From Nitrososphaeria archaeon (GTDB lineage Archaea; Thermoproteota; Nitrososphaeria; JACIWG01), in NCBI GenBank assembly GCA_050011875.1, contig JBEKIG010000004.1:196028-260027 (forward strand): DNA of 64,000 nt, given 5' to 3'. The position numbers and the translations under genes were made by a program. Position 1 is the first letter of the stretch. Each line of letters opens with the position of its first letter. Of this stretch, positions 40,757 to 51,645 are shown in pieces. The notes under the pieces were generated by a model. That model was not told the DNA's origin. It saw nothing but the letters and a program-made list of their open reading frames with translations, and searched no databases.

Positions 40757-41854
40757 CTAGTGAACAATTTCCACCCCTATCGCATTCCCTTCCTTTTTAA
40801 TTAACATCATCATAGCTTCATCCGCCATGTCCTCTGGGAGCTTGTGTGTTATCCACTTTGATACGTGCACTTTACCTTGACCGATCATCGTAAGTGCTTC
40901 ATCAACATCTTTCCTTATGCTGATCCCCCATTCTGCAACTATCCTGCCCGCTTTATGCATCAGATCTGAGACGTTGATCATCAACTTAGGATCTTCGAAA
41001 AGGCCCATAAGGCAGTAGGTTCCAGAGCCTCCTACTTCGGTCTTCAACATGTCAAGCCCCCTTTTTGTTACCTCAGCGTTACCGACTGTGTCGTAGACAA
41101 AATCAACACCCGATCCACCGGAAAGTTCCAGGACCCTTCCAACAGCATCTTCTTTTACTGGGTCTATGACGTAATCGGCGCCTAGTTCATAGGCCATCTT
41201 TGCTCGATAGCCAAAAGGCTCTGAGACGATTAATGGATAAATTCCAGCGGCCTTTGCGACCTCTAAGGCACGCAGTCCGATAGGCCCTGCCCCTTGGATG
41301 ACTGCGGAATCACCGACTTTAGCTCCGGACCTTCTGACAACGCCAATAACATATGCTAGGTCTGTGATTGTGGCAGCTTCATAATATGAGACGTTATCTG
41401 GAAGCTTATAGGCAGAACCCTCATGCCCTATCGTGTAAGAACCGAACCCGCTTGGGAAGCGTGCGACACTCTTCCCTCCTATATGGAAGCTAGTTGGAAT
41501 ATGAGGGTTAAGGCACTTCGAGGTTTCGCCTCTTACACAGTTAAAGCATTGGCCGCATGCTATCGGATCCGACCCGCTGCCTAGGACGTAGACCCTGTCA
41601 CCCACCTTTAAGCTTGTCACTTCACTCCCTGTTTCAACAACCTCTGCAGCTACTTCGTGCCCACAGCACGCTGGAAGTGGTGCGAAAGGATGCAGGCCTT
41701 TGTAAACGTGGAGATCGCTTCCGCATATTAAACAGGCCCTGATCCGAAAAATGGATTCATGTGGTGCAGGGTCTGGTAGTTTAACATCTAACCAAGTAAA
41801 CTTGAATGGCTCGATTACGATTGGTGACCTGAATGTTACGCCCATATCAATCAT
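40757..41854 (-). CDS. Zn-dependent alcohol dehydrogenase
   Basis: ICGSD, GHE, CGQCFNC and GAGPIG motifs. Confidence 0.92.
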   Translation of the reverse strand: MIDMGVTFRSPIVIEPFKFTWLDVKLPDPAPHESIFRIRACLICGSDLHVYKGLHPFAPLPACCGHEVAAEVVETGSEVTSLKVGDRVYVLGSGSDPIACGQCFNCVRGETSKCLNPHIPTSFHIGGKSVARFPSGFGSYTIGHEGSAYKLPDNVSYYEAATITDLAYVIGVVRRSGAKVGDSAVIQGAGPIGLRALEVAKAAGIYPLIVSEPFGYRAKMAYELGADYVIDPVKEDAVGRVLELSGGSGVDFVYDTVGNAEVTKRGLDMLKTEVGGSGTYCLMGLFEDPKLMINVSDLMHKAGRIVAEWGISIRKDVDEALTMIGQGKVHVSKWITHKLPEDMADEAMMMLIKKEGNAIGVEIVH

Positions 41855-41918
41855 TTACATCCTATAACGTTCTATATCTGTATTTATTCTGAACCGTCAG
41901 GGGACGGCAGATACTTTT

Positions 41919-42374
41919 TTATTGCCCATTCCATCGATATTTCTGTTTCTTGTTTCTCAGCTTTTCTAGGTCACAGCTGAAACAGAGGCCGTTATGGCAG
42001 CAGATCAGTCCCTCGCAATTTGGACACTTCCATAATTTCTCCTGCTCCTTAAGGAATTTCTCCATTCCAAATTCTCTGATGAACCCCAGGTTTTCTATCA
42101 TGCTCATTTTGTAACGGGACCTGTACCTTTCGTCAATGGTTTTTAATCTGTTGCATGGGAAGGTTTCGCACTCAAAACAGAAGGTTACTTCACCCTCAGA
42201 TAACTTGGAGCACTGTTTCTTCAAAAAGGCACACTTTTTGTTCCTCGGCCTGCAGCCTGCGCAACGAACCGTTCTAATCCCTTTGCCCTTTAGATCATTC
42301 TTTAGAGCCAAATAGCCTGCACAGATTGCGCAGTTCATCCCACAGGGCGCAATTAACGCATAGTCTACCGTCAG
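41919..42374 (-). CDS. DUF3795 Cys-rich protein, probable CTG start
   Basis: IAPCGMNCAIC motif extends upstream of the track start to CTG 42374, with GGAGTG upstream. Confidence 0.85.
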   Translation of the reverse strand: MTVDYALIAPCGMNCAICAGYLALKNDLKGKGIRTVRCAGCRPRNKKCAFLKKQCSKLSEGEVTFCFECETFPCNRLKTIDERYRSRYKMSMIENLGFIREFGMEKFLKEQEKLWKCPNCEGLICCHNGLCFSCDLEKLRNKKQKYRWNGQ

Positions 42375-42402
42375 CCTTTATCACTCCGAACCAATCTAAA
42401 AT

Positions 42403-42936
42403 CTAATCTTTCTTACCAGCATATTTTTCATAGTGCAGTATTTCATTAAGGGATTTCCGGGACTTAGCCCCTGGTCGCTCATCCGGATATCCGACTGTTA
42501 AGAGTGATACTACTCGAAGATGTGCGGGTATTCCAAGAAGTTCTCTAACCTTCCCTTCATTAAATGCCCCTATCCAGCAGCTGCCTATGCCTAAGTCCCA
42601 CGAAGTTAGGGCCATATTTTCGATGGCTATAGCTAGATCTATGAGAAAACCTTCGAAAGGGCCTACTTTAGCGCTTTTCTCAATGTTAGCTAAACATACT
42701 ACAACCGCCGCAGCCTCGCCGACGAAAGATTGATTGTTTGCGGCTTCAGCAACCTTACCCTTTATCGTAGGATTTGTCACTAAAATAAACTCCCAAGGCT
42801 GTCGGTTGGCAGCAGACTGTGCAAGCCTCGCTGATTCAATTATATTTAATAGTTCCTGATGTGGTATAATCTTATCCTTGTAGCTTCTTATACTTCCTCT
42901 ATTTTTTATCAAGTTCAAAATGTTAGAGTCAGACAT
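42403..42936 (-). CDS. Nitroreductase family protein
   Basis: RGSIRSY, SAANRQPWEF and LGIGSCWIG motifs. Confidence 0.92.
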   Translation of the reverse strand: MSDSNILNLIKNRGSIRSYKDKIIPHQELLNIIESARLAQSAANRQPWEFILVTNPTIKGKVAEAANNQSFVGEAAAVVVCLANIEKSAKVGPFEGFLIDLAIAIENMALTSWDLGIGSCWIGAFNEGKVRELLGIPAHLRVVSLLTVGYPDERPGAKSRKSLNEILHYEKYAGKKD

Positions 42937-43060
42937 AGAAATAGTAGGATAGTGCTTGATAATTAAGGATTTCTTATTCTATTGAGGTATCTCGAACTAA
43001 AAAAAAAACATACATGTGGATATTAAATAAAGATTTAAGTAAAAACCAACTTACCTCTAT

Positions 43061-43255
43061 TTGATGGCAGCTGCCCTGCATCTTGAAACCGTCGTCATCG
43101 GTGCGTTTTCAGAAGACCAAGTGAAGGCTGTCGTGAGAGCACAGGGAAGCGAGCAGCCGTTATACGTACAGCCAGTAGGTGTTCCACTTGAGCCCTACGA
43201 GATTACCGGGAAAGAAATAGCTGAGTATTACACGAAGGTGAGGCAGTCTGAGTAA
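43061..43255 (+). pseudogene. C-terminal fragment of a SagB/nitroreductase-like gene
   Basis: LMAAALHLETVVIGAF...PLYVQPVG; the N-terminal part is absent. Confidence 0.7.
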
Positions 43256-43604
43256 AGCTTCCAGAGCTAGAATATATAGGCTTATCGTTGAATATACATC
43301 AATACCTCTAATTATAGCTCTTGGCCTGACCTTTATCTCAGGCTATGGGCTGGTTAAAGTTCGACTAGTTAGTGAGCTGACGTTCGGTCTATTACAATTC
43401 CCAGAAAGCTTCTTCCTTCACACAAACCACTATATAATCTACTTTGTGGGATTACTTGTAATATTGCATTCCTTTTCAGGCCTGGGACTGCTTATAATAA
43501 GGAAGATAAGGTATAATACTCTTGAAGTCGTGCTTGAATCGATAAACATTATGCTAGTAGGTGCTGCCCCCTTGGTGGTATTGACGGTCTTCGTATTCCT
43601 CTGA
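43248..43604 (+). CDS. 118-aa 3-TM membrane protein with His residues, CTG start (not in ORF track)
   Basis: Open frame LSKASRARIYRL...ISGYG...FFLHTNH...ILHSFSG; GGTGAGG SD upstream of the CTG. Confidence 0.75.
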   Translation: MSKASRARIYRLIVEYTSIPLIIALGLTFISGYGLVKVRLVSELTFGLLQFPESFFLHTNHYIIYFVGLLVILHSFSGLGLLIIRKIRYNTLEVVLESINIMLVGAAPLVVLTVFVFL

Positions 43605-44069
43605 CATGTATAAAACTAACATCTGCTCCTTAAGATTTCTTATTTCGAAAAGTAAATTTTCTAAGAAGCAAATACATTCTAGGACGACTACCTTAGGAGA
43701 CCGCCCCGATCAGCGATTGTCAAAAAATTGGCTAACAGTGTCAGTTCTGTTAAATGCAATTATTGTGGCGCAATTGTTGAAGCAGCCGATGTTTTAACAA
43801 AAGTTAAAGATATTATTAATCTTAAAGAATAGAAAAATGGTAAATCACCTTACCTAGTAATGTGCTTTGTAGGTTACCTGTTTTCTTGATAAAGTTTAAG
43901 CGATAATTCTTTCACGTTATTATTTTAACACTGTATTTTACCATTTTAGGGTTTGATCCGTCATATGTTACAGAGTAGCTTCTTTAAAGGCTTGAAAAAA
44001 ATGGCTTATGCCATAAAAATCCTCAGGAAAGTTCCCTTAGATAGTTTTATTGCAAACTCTCTTATTTAC

Positions 44070-45302
44070 CTAAAGAGAAGTAAACATGTTATTGAAAACT
44101 GGGCGCACCGTGTCGATGATAAATGGGTAGACGTTGGACTGAAATTCGACCGGTATTCCCCCATACATTCGGTCATAACTCCTTCTGTATTCTTCTATTG
44201 CATCCAAGTCGGGATCTAATCCTAGGCCTGGTACATCAGGTAATTTCGCCCATCCATTTATAGGCCGAATGCCCTTCGGCAAAAATCTTCTTCCGGTCTC
44301 CTCTTGAAACCTTCCGATGGTCGTATTCGATAGGCGGTTTGCATCCAGAAATTCCACGAGCATGCCATTTGGAGTAGCTGCTATACAATGTGCGCTGACA
44401 ATTTCTTGACAGTGTGGGGACATTGGGATGTTGAAGGCTTCGGCCATCGCTGCTATCTTCATGTATTCTGTTATTCCTCCAACTTTAGCGACATCTGGTT
44501 GGCATATGTCGATGCACTGTCGCACAAAAAGCTCCCTAAAGCCAAATTTAGTATACTCGCTCTCCCCCCCTGCGATGGGAACCTCTGTTGACGCTGCAAC
44601 TCTCGCGTAGCCGTCATAGTCTTCAGCCATCACAGGCTCCTCGAGCCATCTGATGTCAAATTTCTCAAGTTGCTTCGACATTCGAATGGCTGTCTTAACG
44701 GACCATCCGTTGTTCGCATCCACCATAAGGTCAATATCGTTGCCGATTGCCTTGCGGACAGCTCTAACTCTTTCTATATCGTCAATTGGATCACGTTGAC
44801 CCACTTTCATCTTTACTGCCCTGAACCCGGATTCCACCCAGCTCCTTTGCTCCTTGACGAGTTCTTCTTTGCTAAGGTTGAGCCCTCCACCACTGCCATA
44901 TCCTGGAACACGATCCCTATAACCGCCTAGGAGATGGTGCACAGGTGTCTTAAGCCTCTTACCTGCGATGTCCCAGATGCCTATGTCGATCAGACTCATT
45001 GCGATTATGGCTGCACCCTTTCTACCTTCGTTAAAGCACTTCCAGTACATACGATCCCAGATCCTCTGCACGTTCATGGGATCCTCACCGATAACGACCG
45101 GCTTAAGGATGTTTAGCATGTCTGTTGATATTGCGCCCGGCGCTATCCCCGTTATACCCTCGTCGGTGAGAATTTCAGTAAACGTCCACAGTACATAGTC
45201 TCCGCCGTAGTTAATGGCATCGAAGTATTTCTCAGCGCGTTGTCTATCGAGCACCTTGCCGATGACGGGTTTTGGAAAAGGCCTTATGCCAACTATTTTC
45301 AA
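44070..45302 (-). CDS. Mandelate racemase / acid-sugar dehydratase (enolase superfamily)
   Basis: KMK, MVDAN, WLEEP, GES and PH motifs. Confidence 0.92.
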   Translation of the reverse strand: MKIVGIRPFPKPVIGKVLDRQRAEKYFDAINYGGDYVLWTFTEILTDEGITGIAPGAISTDMLNILKPVVIGEDPMNVQRIWDRMYWKCFNEGRKGAAIIAMSLIDIGIWDIAGKRLKTPVHHLLGGYRDRVPGYGSGGGLNLSKEELVKEQRSWVESGFRAVKMKVGQRDPIDDIERVRAVRKAIGNDIDLMVDANNGWSVKTAIRMSKQLEKFDIRWLEEPVMAEDYDGYARVAASTEVPIAGGESEYTKFGFRELFVRQCIDICQPDVAKVGGITEYMKIAAMAEAFNIPMSPHCQEIVSAHCIAATPNGMLVEFLDANRLSNTTIGRFQEETGRRFLPKGIRPINGWAKLPDVPGLGLDPDLDAIEEYRRSYDRMYGGIPVEFQSNVYPFIIDTVRPVFNNMFTSL

Positions 45303-45520
45303 ATCTCAAGACTCCTAGCCTTGGAAAAGCTAACAACTTATAAGTCTATGCAGAAAAGCACGAAACGAAAGTAGCGTTAACCATTAGTCAAACTAACAAA
45401 AGCCTGATGCATTCTTTCCCATCACCTGAAAGTTAACGAGCAGAACAATCACCCAACAAGTTAACAGAGCCGAATTTTTTATAAATTTTAAATATCACCA
45501 TCATTTGCCATTCCAAATGA

Positions 45521-48262
45521 ATGGAAACTGAGGGAGAGGACCGCACTAGGCATAGCAGGAGGTCCTTCTGGATACTCATGAGTTTCATCGTAGCTATAGT
45601 AATCCTTTACGTTGCTTGGGTGATACTCAATTGGTCTATAGCTGAATCGGTGTACTCAACAAAAGCGGGTGTTAACTGGTTCGGGATTATGTTCTACCAT
45701 GACTATCTCTTTGCAGCGGCAGCTCTCTTTTCCCTTCTGTTGGTCTATCCCAAGGTAGGAGGAAGCGACCTCTATCAGCTTGCTGGCACACTTTGGACGT
45801 ACATCAGGCGGTACCAAGGAGAGGAGGTGGAACCGAAAGGTGGGGAAATGATTAACGGTTGGATCTGGGCCATTTGGCAGACGCTAAAGTGGGCAATCGG
45901 ATTCCTTTTATTCGTAAACTTGCACGGCTTCCTAATACTTGGGGAGACTATGAACTCGATAATGATGATGGTGATGGGACTTGGGAGTTGGGGAAACGTA
46001 CCTAGAATCTTCATGCTTCCGTTACTCCCGGCTTCAGGAAGTAAGCTCGTCGGGCTCATGTCGTCGATGCAGATCCAGTACTCTGTGCTGTCCTACATCC
46101 TCTCCGCCTTCCTCCTGATCTTTACGGTGAGGATGATCCTACGTCTCGTAACAAACCTGACGACGAGGGGAAGCAACGTTTGGTTGAGGAACATACTCGG
46201 TGTGATCGCAGCTGTTACACTCGAATTAATTCTCGGTGCCCCGTACTGGCTGATGAACATAGCCACTCCTTATGTGTACGGAATAGCATGGACCGCGTTA
46301 ATTCTTATAGTAGTGGGCATCTTCTATGTCCCCAGAAGGAATGCTCTTATGGTGAGGTCGAACATCTTTAAGGGGATAGCTCTCCTGCTCGCCCTCATGC
46401 TCGTTATCGAGGTGGGTGCTGGTGCCTACTACTTCTTCAACTGGAATAACAATTACTTGACGTACCAGTGGTACCCTCAGACTCAGAAGGAGATTACGGT
46501 GACGAGATGGGCTGCGGGCCTGAATGACATCCAGGTCAGCAACATCTCTAACTTGCCAACAAGTAACCCTTCGACAACCCTCAACCTTGTCAGGCAATGG
46601 GACCAGCAGGCAGCCGCGGTAACGAATACGAAGGAGATCGGAGCCTACAATTGGATGGGTTTAGCAAGCTCGGAGATAGTCTTTTACAACAACACTGAAT
46701 ACTGGGTTTCACCGACGACTCCCACATACCCTCAGACCGATTGGATAAGCGAACATTTAATTTATACTCACGCGGCAAAAGTTTTGGTGATAAATACCCA
46801 CAATGGTTCGGTCGTACCTGCGACCCAAGCCTATGAAATCCCTGTTGAGCCTCTGATCTATTACGGTGAGGGAGCCGGGTTCAACCAGAGTGTGTACGTG
46901 CATGTCCCCAGCTACGATGAGGTTCAGAACGTTTCATATGTCGGAGCGCCCGATTACGTGCTGAGTGGATGGCAGAAGGCGATGTGGTTCACCTTCTCCG
47001 AGGGCCAGCTTGGTTTTGCCTTTTCAGGTCAATCGATAGACATGCTCTGGAACAGAAATATCTTCACGAGGGTGGGAAGTATACTCATCCCTGGCCTAAC
47101 AATGGACCCCTCAGCATACGTGGTTTCAGACGGAAAGAACCTGTACTATGCTGTACAAATCTACATAGACTCCCCCCTCAAGTCGGGTTTCTCTGCGAGC
47201 CCCTACCTAAGATTCTTCGGTGTGGTCCTCGTGAACGTGCAGGACGGGGCAATGCAGGGGTATACTGTCTCCAACCTGATCGGCGCCAACAGCACAGACT
47301 TCATCACAAAGTATTATCAAGAATACTACAACCAATGGACAGCCCCTCCCTCTTGGCTGGTGCCCCAGCTGAGGTACCCCGAACAACTTCTGGGAACGAC
47401 GAACATCCCAGGTCAGCTGGATTACGATTTCATCTTCCATGTGAGTGATCCTTTCATCTTCAGATCTGGCACCCAGTTCTACGAGCGACCGGAGAACAAT
47501 ACGGTGCAGTACATTCCGTTTGCTGTAGTGAATAAGACCTATTTCGTTGGCATACAGCTGATTCACTACCAGAGCGCGGTAAGCAAGAACCTTGCCGGTC
47601 TCTACGTGGCTTACGGTGGGGATAGGCTTGGCCAGATCTACCTCTACCAGAATCCATCGCAGGCCGCGGTTATAATCGGACCTTCTGCAGCTGAGAATGC
47701 GCTTACGACGAACAGCGAGGTGAGGACTCAGCTGACTCTCCTTCCTAACTACAGGTTCGGCACCTACCTTCTCTACTCGGTAGGAGGACAGCTCACATAC
47801 TTCGTGGCCGTATATACCAAACCTGGGACATCAGGAGTTGTTACACAGCTGCCTTTTATGACATCAGTGAACCCGAACACGGGTGTGGTTGGCGTTGGCA
47901 CCGATGCCACAGCTGCATTCCAGAATTTGGGCCTGGGAAACCAAACGAGGGTTGTGAGCTTAGGCGAGGGTGCAGCGATCCATCAGATCGTAAACCTAGT
48001 TGCCTCTGACGGTTTCAATCTAGTAAACGCCACAGAAGTCAACCCAACGGTCTGGATAAACGTGGGCACAGTATCTTTTAGCGGAGTAGGAGCGAACCAG
48101 ACGGTCGCTCAGGTCGCCGGCCTGCTCGGAGATTATGGAAATGGAAGCGTTGGGAAAACTGTTTATACATGGGCGAACAACTCTCAGGACATCAACTTCG
48201 GCGTACTCAGGGTTCCGGTTCAAGGTGTGACCGAGCTGTATTACGTCACCATCAAGCCATAA
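45521..48262 (+). CDS. UPF0182 family membrane protein
   Basis: N-terminal TM bundle; VRQWD, HLIYTH, IYYGE and LRYPE motifs. Confidence 0.88.
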   Translation: METEGEDRTRHSRRSFWILMSFIVAIVILYVAWVILNWSIAESVYSTKAGVNWFGIMFYHDYLFAAAALFSLLLVYPKVGGSDLYQLAGTLWTYIRRYQGEEVEPKGGEMINGWIWAIWQTLKWAIGFLLFVNLHGFLILGETMNSIMMMVMGLGSWGNVPRIFMLPLLPASGSKLVGLMSSMQIQYSVLSYILSAFLLIFTVRMILRLVTNLTTRGSNVWLRNILGVIAAVTLELILGAPYWLMNIATPYVYGIAWTALILIVVGIFYVPRRNALMVRSNIFKGIALLLALMLVIEVGAGAYYFFNWNNNYLTYQWYPQTQKEITVTRWAAGLNDIQVSNISNLPTSNPSTTLNLVRQWDQQAAAVTNTKEIGAYNWMGLASSEIVFYNNTEYWVSPTTPTYPQTDWISEHLIYTHAAKVLVINTHNGSVVPATQAYEIPVEPLIYYGEGAGFNQSVYVHVPSYDEVQNVSYVGAPDYVLSGWQKAMWFTFSEGQLGFAFSGQSIDMLWNRNIFTRVGSILIPGLTMDPSAYVVSDGKNLYYAVQIYIDSPLKSGFSASPYLRFFGVVLVNVQDGAMQGYTVSNLIGANSTDFITKYYQEYYNQWTAPPSWLVPQLRYPEQLLGTTNIPGQLDYDFIFHVSDPFIFRSGTQFYERPENNTVQYIPFAVVNKTYFVGIQLIHYQSAVSKNLAGLYVAYGGDRLGQIYLYQNPSQAAVIIGPSAAENALTTNSEVRTQLTLLPNYRFGTYLLYSVGGQLTYFVAVYTKPGTSGVVTQLPFMTSVNPNTGVVGVGTDATAAFQNLGLGNQTRVVSLGEGAAIHQIVNLVASDGFNLVNATEVNPTVWINVGTVSFSGVGANQTVAQVAGLLGDYGNGSVGKTVYTWANNSQDINFGVLRVPVQGVTELYYVTIKP

Positions 48263-48273
48263 CAGGAGGTAGC

Positions 48274-48564
48274 CTAGCTCCTAGCTAAAACGATGACGAC
48301 CACGAGGATAACCGCGATCAGGGCCAAGACTATCAGGCGGAGAACCCCATTCCGCTCCCAGATCATTACACTCGCGTTGATCTGCGAGAACGGGTTCCTT
48401 GAGTTAAGCATTCTCACCAGCTGCAGAGCCTCTTCGTACACAAACTGCCCTCCATCAACTGCGGTAATGTTGCCCTCCTTAATTACGAAAGAGTGCCCCT
48501 TAACGGCGAGGGGGTAGCGCGGTCTCATATTGACCCACTCACGGAACTGCTGTTCGCTCATCAT
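48274..48564 (-). CDS. Small C-terminally anchored hypothetical protein
   Basis: 96 aa with a terminal hydrophobic helix. Confidence 0.65.
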   Translation of the reverse strand: MMSEQQFREWVNMRPRYPLAVKGHSFVIKEGNITAVDGGQFVYEEALQLVRMLNSRNPFSQINASVMIWERNGVLRLIVLALIAVILVVVIVLARS

Positions 48565-48968
48565 CCTGTTACCATCATTTATTGCATTGGACGTTATATT
48601 TTTCCCATTCTAAAGAAATAAAGTCTAAGATTGGATCTATAGTGTTATGTAACCTGAGTTCAAGTAGGCCGTCTTCAACTAGGGTATGCTAAAAATTAAC
48701 TAATTTATGATAATTTCGGATAAAAGATGGTTTGTGTTACATGCTAAAACTTATAGATTACGCTAACAAATTAAGCACACAAGCGATCATTAGGATTACA
48801 GTGAAGATGTTTAATTTATTATTATGGAGATTTGTAGCTCGAGATTATGTGCAGAACCTCCTGCGAGGTGCATAAAAGTCATGGATGGCATCATTCCTTG
48901 AATTCCTGCAGGGGGAGGCATCTAATTTGGTCCTAGAGATGATTGGAAATGGTATTGATGGAACAGGA

Positions 48969-49913
48969 TCAGAGATGTATATGTGCAAACTTCTGTACAG
49001 TTCTAGAACCGCGATTAATCTTCGCATAACTCATTGATACTTCACCAACATAGAGGTCGCCTCTTGAATCAACAGCAATTGCGTGAGGAGCAACAAATAA
49101 TGGGTCTTTCACATCGTGACCTTCGTTTCCCCAGCGCGTTAATAACTTTCCATCTATCGTGAAAATGGAGACACGCCTACACAGCTCGGATACATAGACG
49201 ACATCATCACCAACTATAGACAAGTCGGTTGGACGAATCAAGTCTATCCACTGGGTCAAAAATTCACCTTTATCATTAAAGACTTGGATTCGACTATTTT
49301 CACGATCTGAGACCCATACCCGATCATGGACATCCACCCGAACCGAATGCGGAAGCCGGAACTGGCTTGGCCCCGCTCCCGGCTCACCCCATGAGAACAA
49401 TAGCTCACCTTCTGGGCTGAACTTATGTACTCGCGCATTACCATAGCCATCAGAAACATAGATATCCCCTGATAAGGAGAGCGCCACTCCTGTCGGGCGG
49501 TTGAAAGGTGGTCCACCTCGTGTAATCGAGGCTATACTCTCAAAAAGATCGGGCATTTGTATATATCCGGTGTCTGAAGATTTGTCATTCGTCCCTAGTT
49601 TCATTAGAACGTTACCCTCAATATCAAATTTTGTAACGGTATGGCTTTTATCGTCGGTGCAGTAGAGCGCACCATCTGGACCAATACAGATTCCGTGAGC
49701 TCTGTTAAAGTAGCCTTCCCCCCACGATGAGATCAAATCTCCATCACGGTTGAAGACCATCAGAGGGTATTTGCCGCGGTTGAGAATGTAAACCTGGTCC
49801 TGACGGCCAACGGCTATACCACAGACGTCAAGGAACTCTACATCACGAAGTTTAGCCCATCCATCAACTAGTTCAAATGAATATTTCCCACTACCGTATA
49901 TCACTTTTGACAA
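48969..49913 (-). CDS. NHL-repeat beta-propeller (peptidyl-alpha-hydroxyglycine lyase-like)
   Basis: AHGI, SDGYGNARVH, LPHS and SDRENSRIQ motifs. Confidence 0.9.
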   Translation of the reverse strand: MSKVIYGSGKYSFELVDGWAKLRDVEFLDVCGIAVGRQDQVYILNRGKYPLMVFNRDGDLISSWGEGYFNRAHGICIGPDGALYCTDDKSHTVTKFDIEGNVLMKLGTNDKSSDTGYIQMPDLFESIASITRGGPPFNRPTGVALSLSGDIYVSDGYGNARVHKFSPEGELLFSWGEPGAGPSQFRLPHSVRVDVHDRVWVSDRENSRIQVFNDKGEFLTQWIDLIRPTDLSIVGDDVVYVSELCRRVSIFTIDGKLLTRWGNEGHDVKDPLFVAPHAIAVDSRGDLYVGEVSMSYAKINRGSRTVQKFAHIHL

Positions 49914-49974
49914 CTCCTCTATGGAACATTATTGTAACTTGATTTAAATATTACGTCTTGATCTCCCTTTGTAG

Positions 49975-50231
49975 AAGGTTGACGATATAGGCATAGATGG
50001 TTGGGTCGAGCTTGACATTCCTCTGCAGGTCAAGCAGTGGGACGGAGTGGGACGAAAGGTTGTCCATGAATTTGAAGCTGCGATAACCCGATATAGAAGA
50101 CAAGAGAAGAAAGTGGTAATCGTAGGGTTCAGCTTCACAAAGACGCCTACGATGAAGTCGCAAAGCTAAAGCTCAAAGGGAACATGGAGATAAAGCTGAT
50201 GAGTGTTAGAGACACATTAGATAACACCTAA
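49975..50231 (+). pseudogene. Remnant of an Mrr-like restriction endonuclease domain
   Basis: DIGIDG...PLQVKQ..VGRKVVHEFEAAI...IVGFSFTK, then a frameshift to DAYDEVAKLK. No start codon. Confidence 0.7.
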
Positions 50232-50338
50232 CCACCAAACGAAAATTTACAGAGAGATAGACAACAGAGACTTTACATAACCAACTGGCATAAAATTTAA
50301 ATACTATTCACGAGAATTGTTTCGTATGTGGTGGTTAT

Positions 50339-51337
50339 ATGAAATATAAGCGTCTTGGAAGATGTGGCATCAACGTATCCGAAATATGTCTTGGCACAAT
50401 GGGTTTTGGAGACGAAGTTGATGAGCCAACTGCCAATAAAATTATTAAGAAGGCGGTTGACTTGGGGATAAACTTTGTTGACACGGCAAATGTTTACGCC
50501 AAAGGCAAGTCTGAAGAAATTGTGGGTAGAGCGATCAAAGGCATGAGAGAAAGCCTCGTCCTGGCTACGAAAGTCCGTCATGGAATGGGCCCCGGCCCCA
50601 ACGATGAGGGACTAAGTCGAAAACATATAATGCATCAGGTCCAGGAAAGCCTCAGAAGACTCGACACCAACTACATCGACATCCTATACCTTCATAGACC
50701 AAGCAACGTGGATATGATGAAGGGGTTCGTCGGCGAACCGGTGCCTTTAGAGGAGACACTTGGTGCTCTTACTGATCTGGTCAGATGGGGGAAAGTTCAT
50801 TACATTGGATGCTCAAACTTTCCAGCCTGGCTTCACTGCAAAGCCCTTTGGACAAGTGACGTCCATGACTTTGAGAAAATTGTTGTCAGTCAACCTAGAT
50901 ACAATCTTCTTCAGAGGGAGATCGAACGTGAAATTATACCTCTATGCGTAGACCAAGGAATTGGAATTGTACCATATAGTCCTTTGGCTGGAGGATCTTT
51001 GACAGGAAAGTACAAGGCCGGTAGCCCTCCTCCAGAAGGCAGCCGAGGTGCTATCAAACCAGGCTTCTTCCCGAGACATGGATTTCATTGGGAGGACCCA
51101 CACAACCTGAAAGTAATTCAGGGTTTAGAAGCCTTCTCTAAAGAAATTGGTAAACCAATGGCGCAGATCGCTTTAGCATGGATGCTTGCCAACCCTGCCA
51201 TAACCTCACCCATTATAGCCGCAACTAGTATAAAGCAGCTTGAAGAGAATCTGGCTGCAACAGAACTCAGTCTCAACAAGTCTGATCTTGGGAGAATTGA
51301 CCAAATAGCGCCAGTATTAGGACCTTACTTCACTTAA
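50339..51337 (+). CDS. Aldo/keto reductase
   Basis: LGTMGFG, DTANVY, LATK and YSPLAGG motifs. Confidence 0.93.
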   Translation: MKYKRLGRCGINVSEICLGTMGFGDEVDEPTANKIIKKAVDLGINFVDTANVYAKGKSEEIVGRAIKGMRESLVLATKVRHGMGPGPNDEGLSRKHIMHQVQESLRRLDTNYIDILYLHRPSNVDMMKGFVGEPVPLEETLGALTDLVRWGKVHYIGCSNFPAWLHCKALWTSDVHDFEKIVVSQPRYNLLQREIEREIIPLCVDQGIGIVPYSPLAGGSLTGKYKAGSPPPEGSRGAIKPGFFPRHGFHWEDPHNLKVIQGLEAFSKEIGKPMAQIALAWMLANPAITSPIIAATSIKQLEENLAATELSLNKSDLGRIDQIAPVLGPYFT

Positions 51338-51645
51338 AATAATTGAATAGACTCTGCAGACCTTGTAAGATTAGGCATCATGCTTAACGTAGGGTACGTT
51401 CCCCAACCTGAAAGCAGCTTCGGAGGTACAGGAAGTACTTACCATCCTTCCTCCGAGAAATGCTTCCAAAACATTGAATTCAGCTATAAATCTTTAAAAG
51501 AGGAAATCGTAATGGTTCCATACGGCTTCATTAGAGCAGAAAAAACTACAGCTGAGTACTTTTAGAGGTGTGGTACTTATGTACTTCTTCCTTTATTTAC
51601 TTCATTCTAACCTTTAAATAGGATGCCTATTGAGTTTTTGTTTGT

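Noticed and set aside
48847-48968. Possible decayed gene fragment with several in-frame stops
   Set aside because: Too short to assign to a family by eye.
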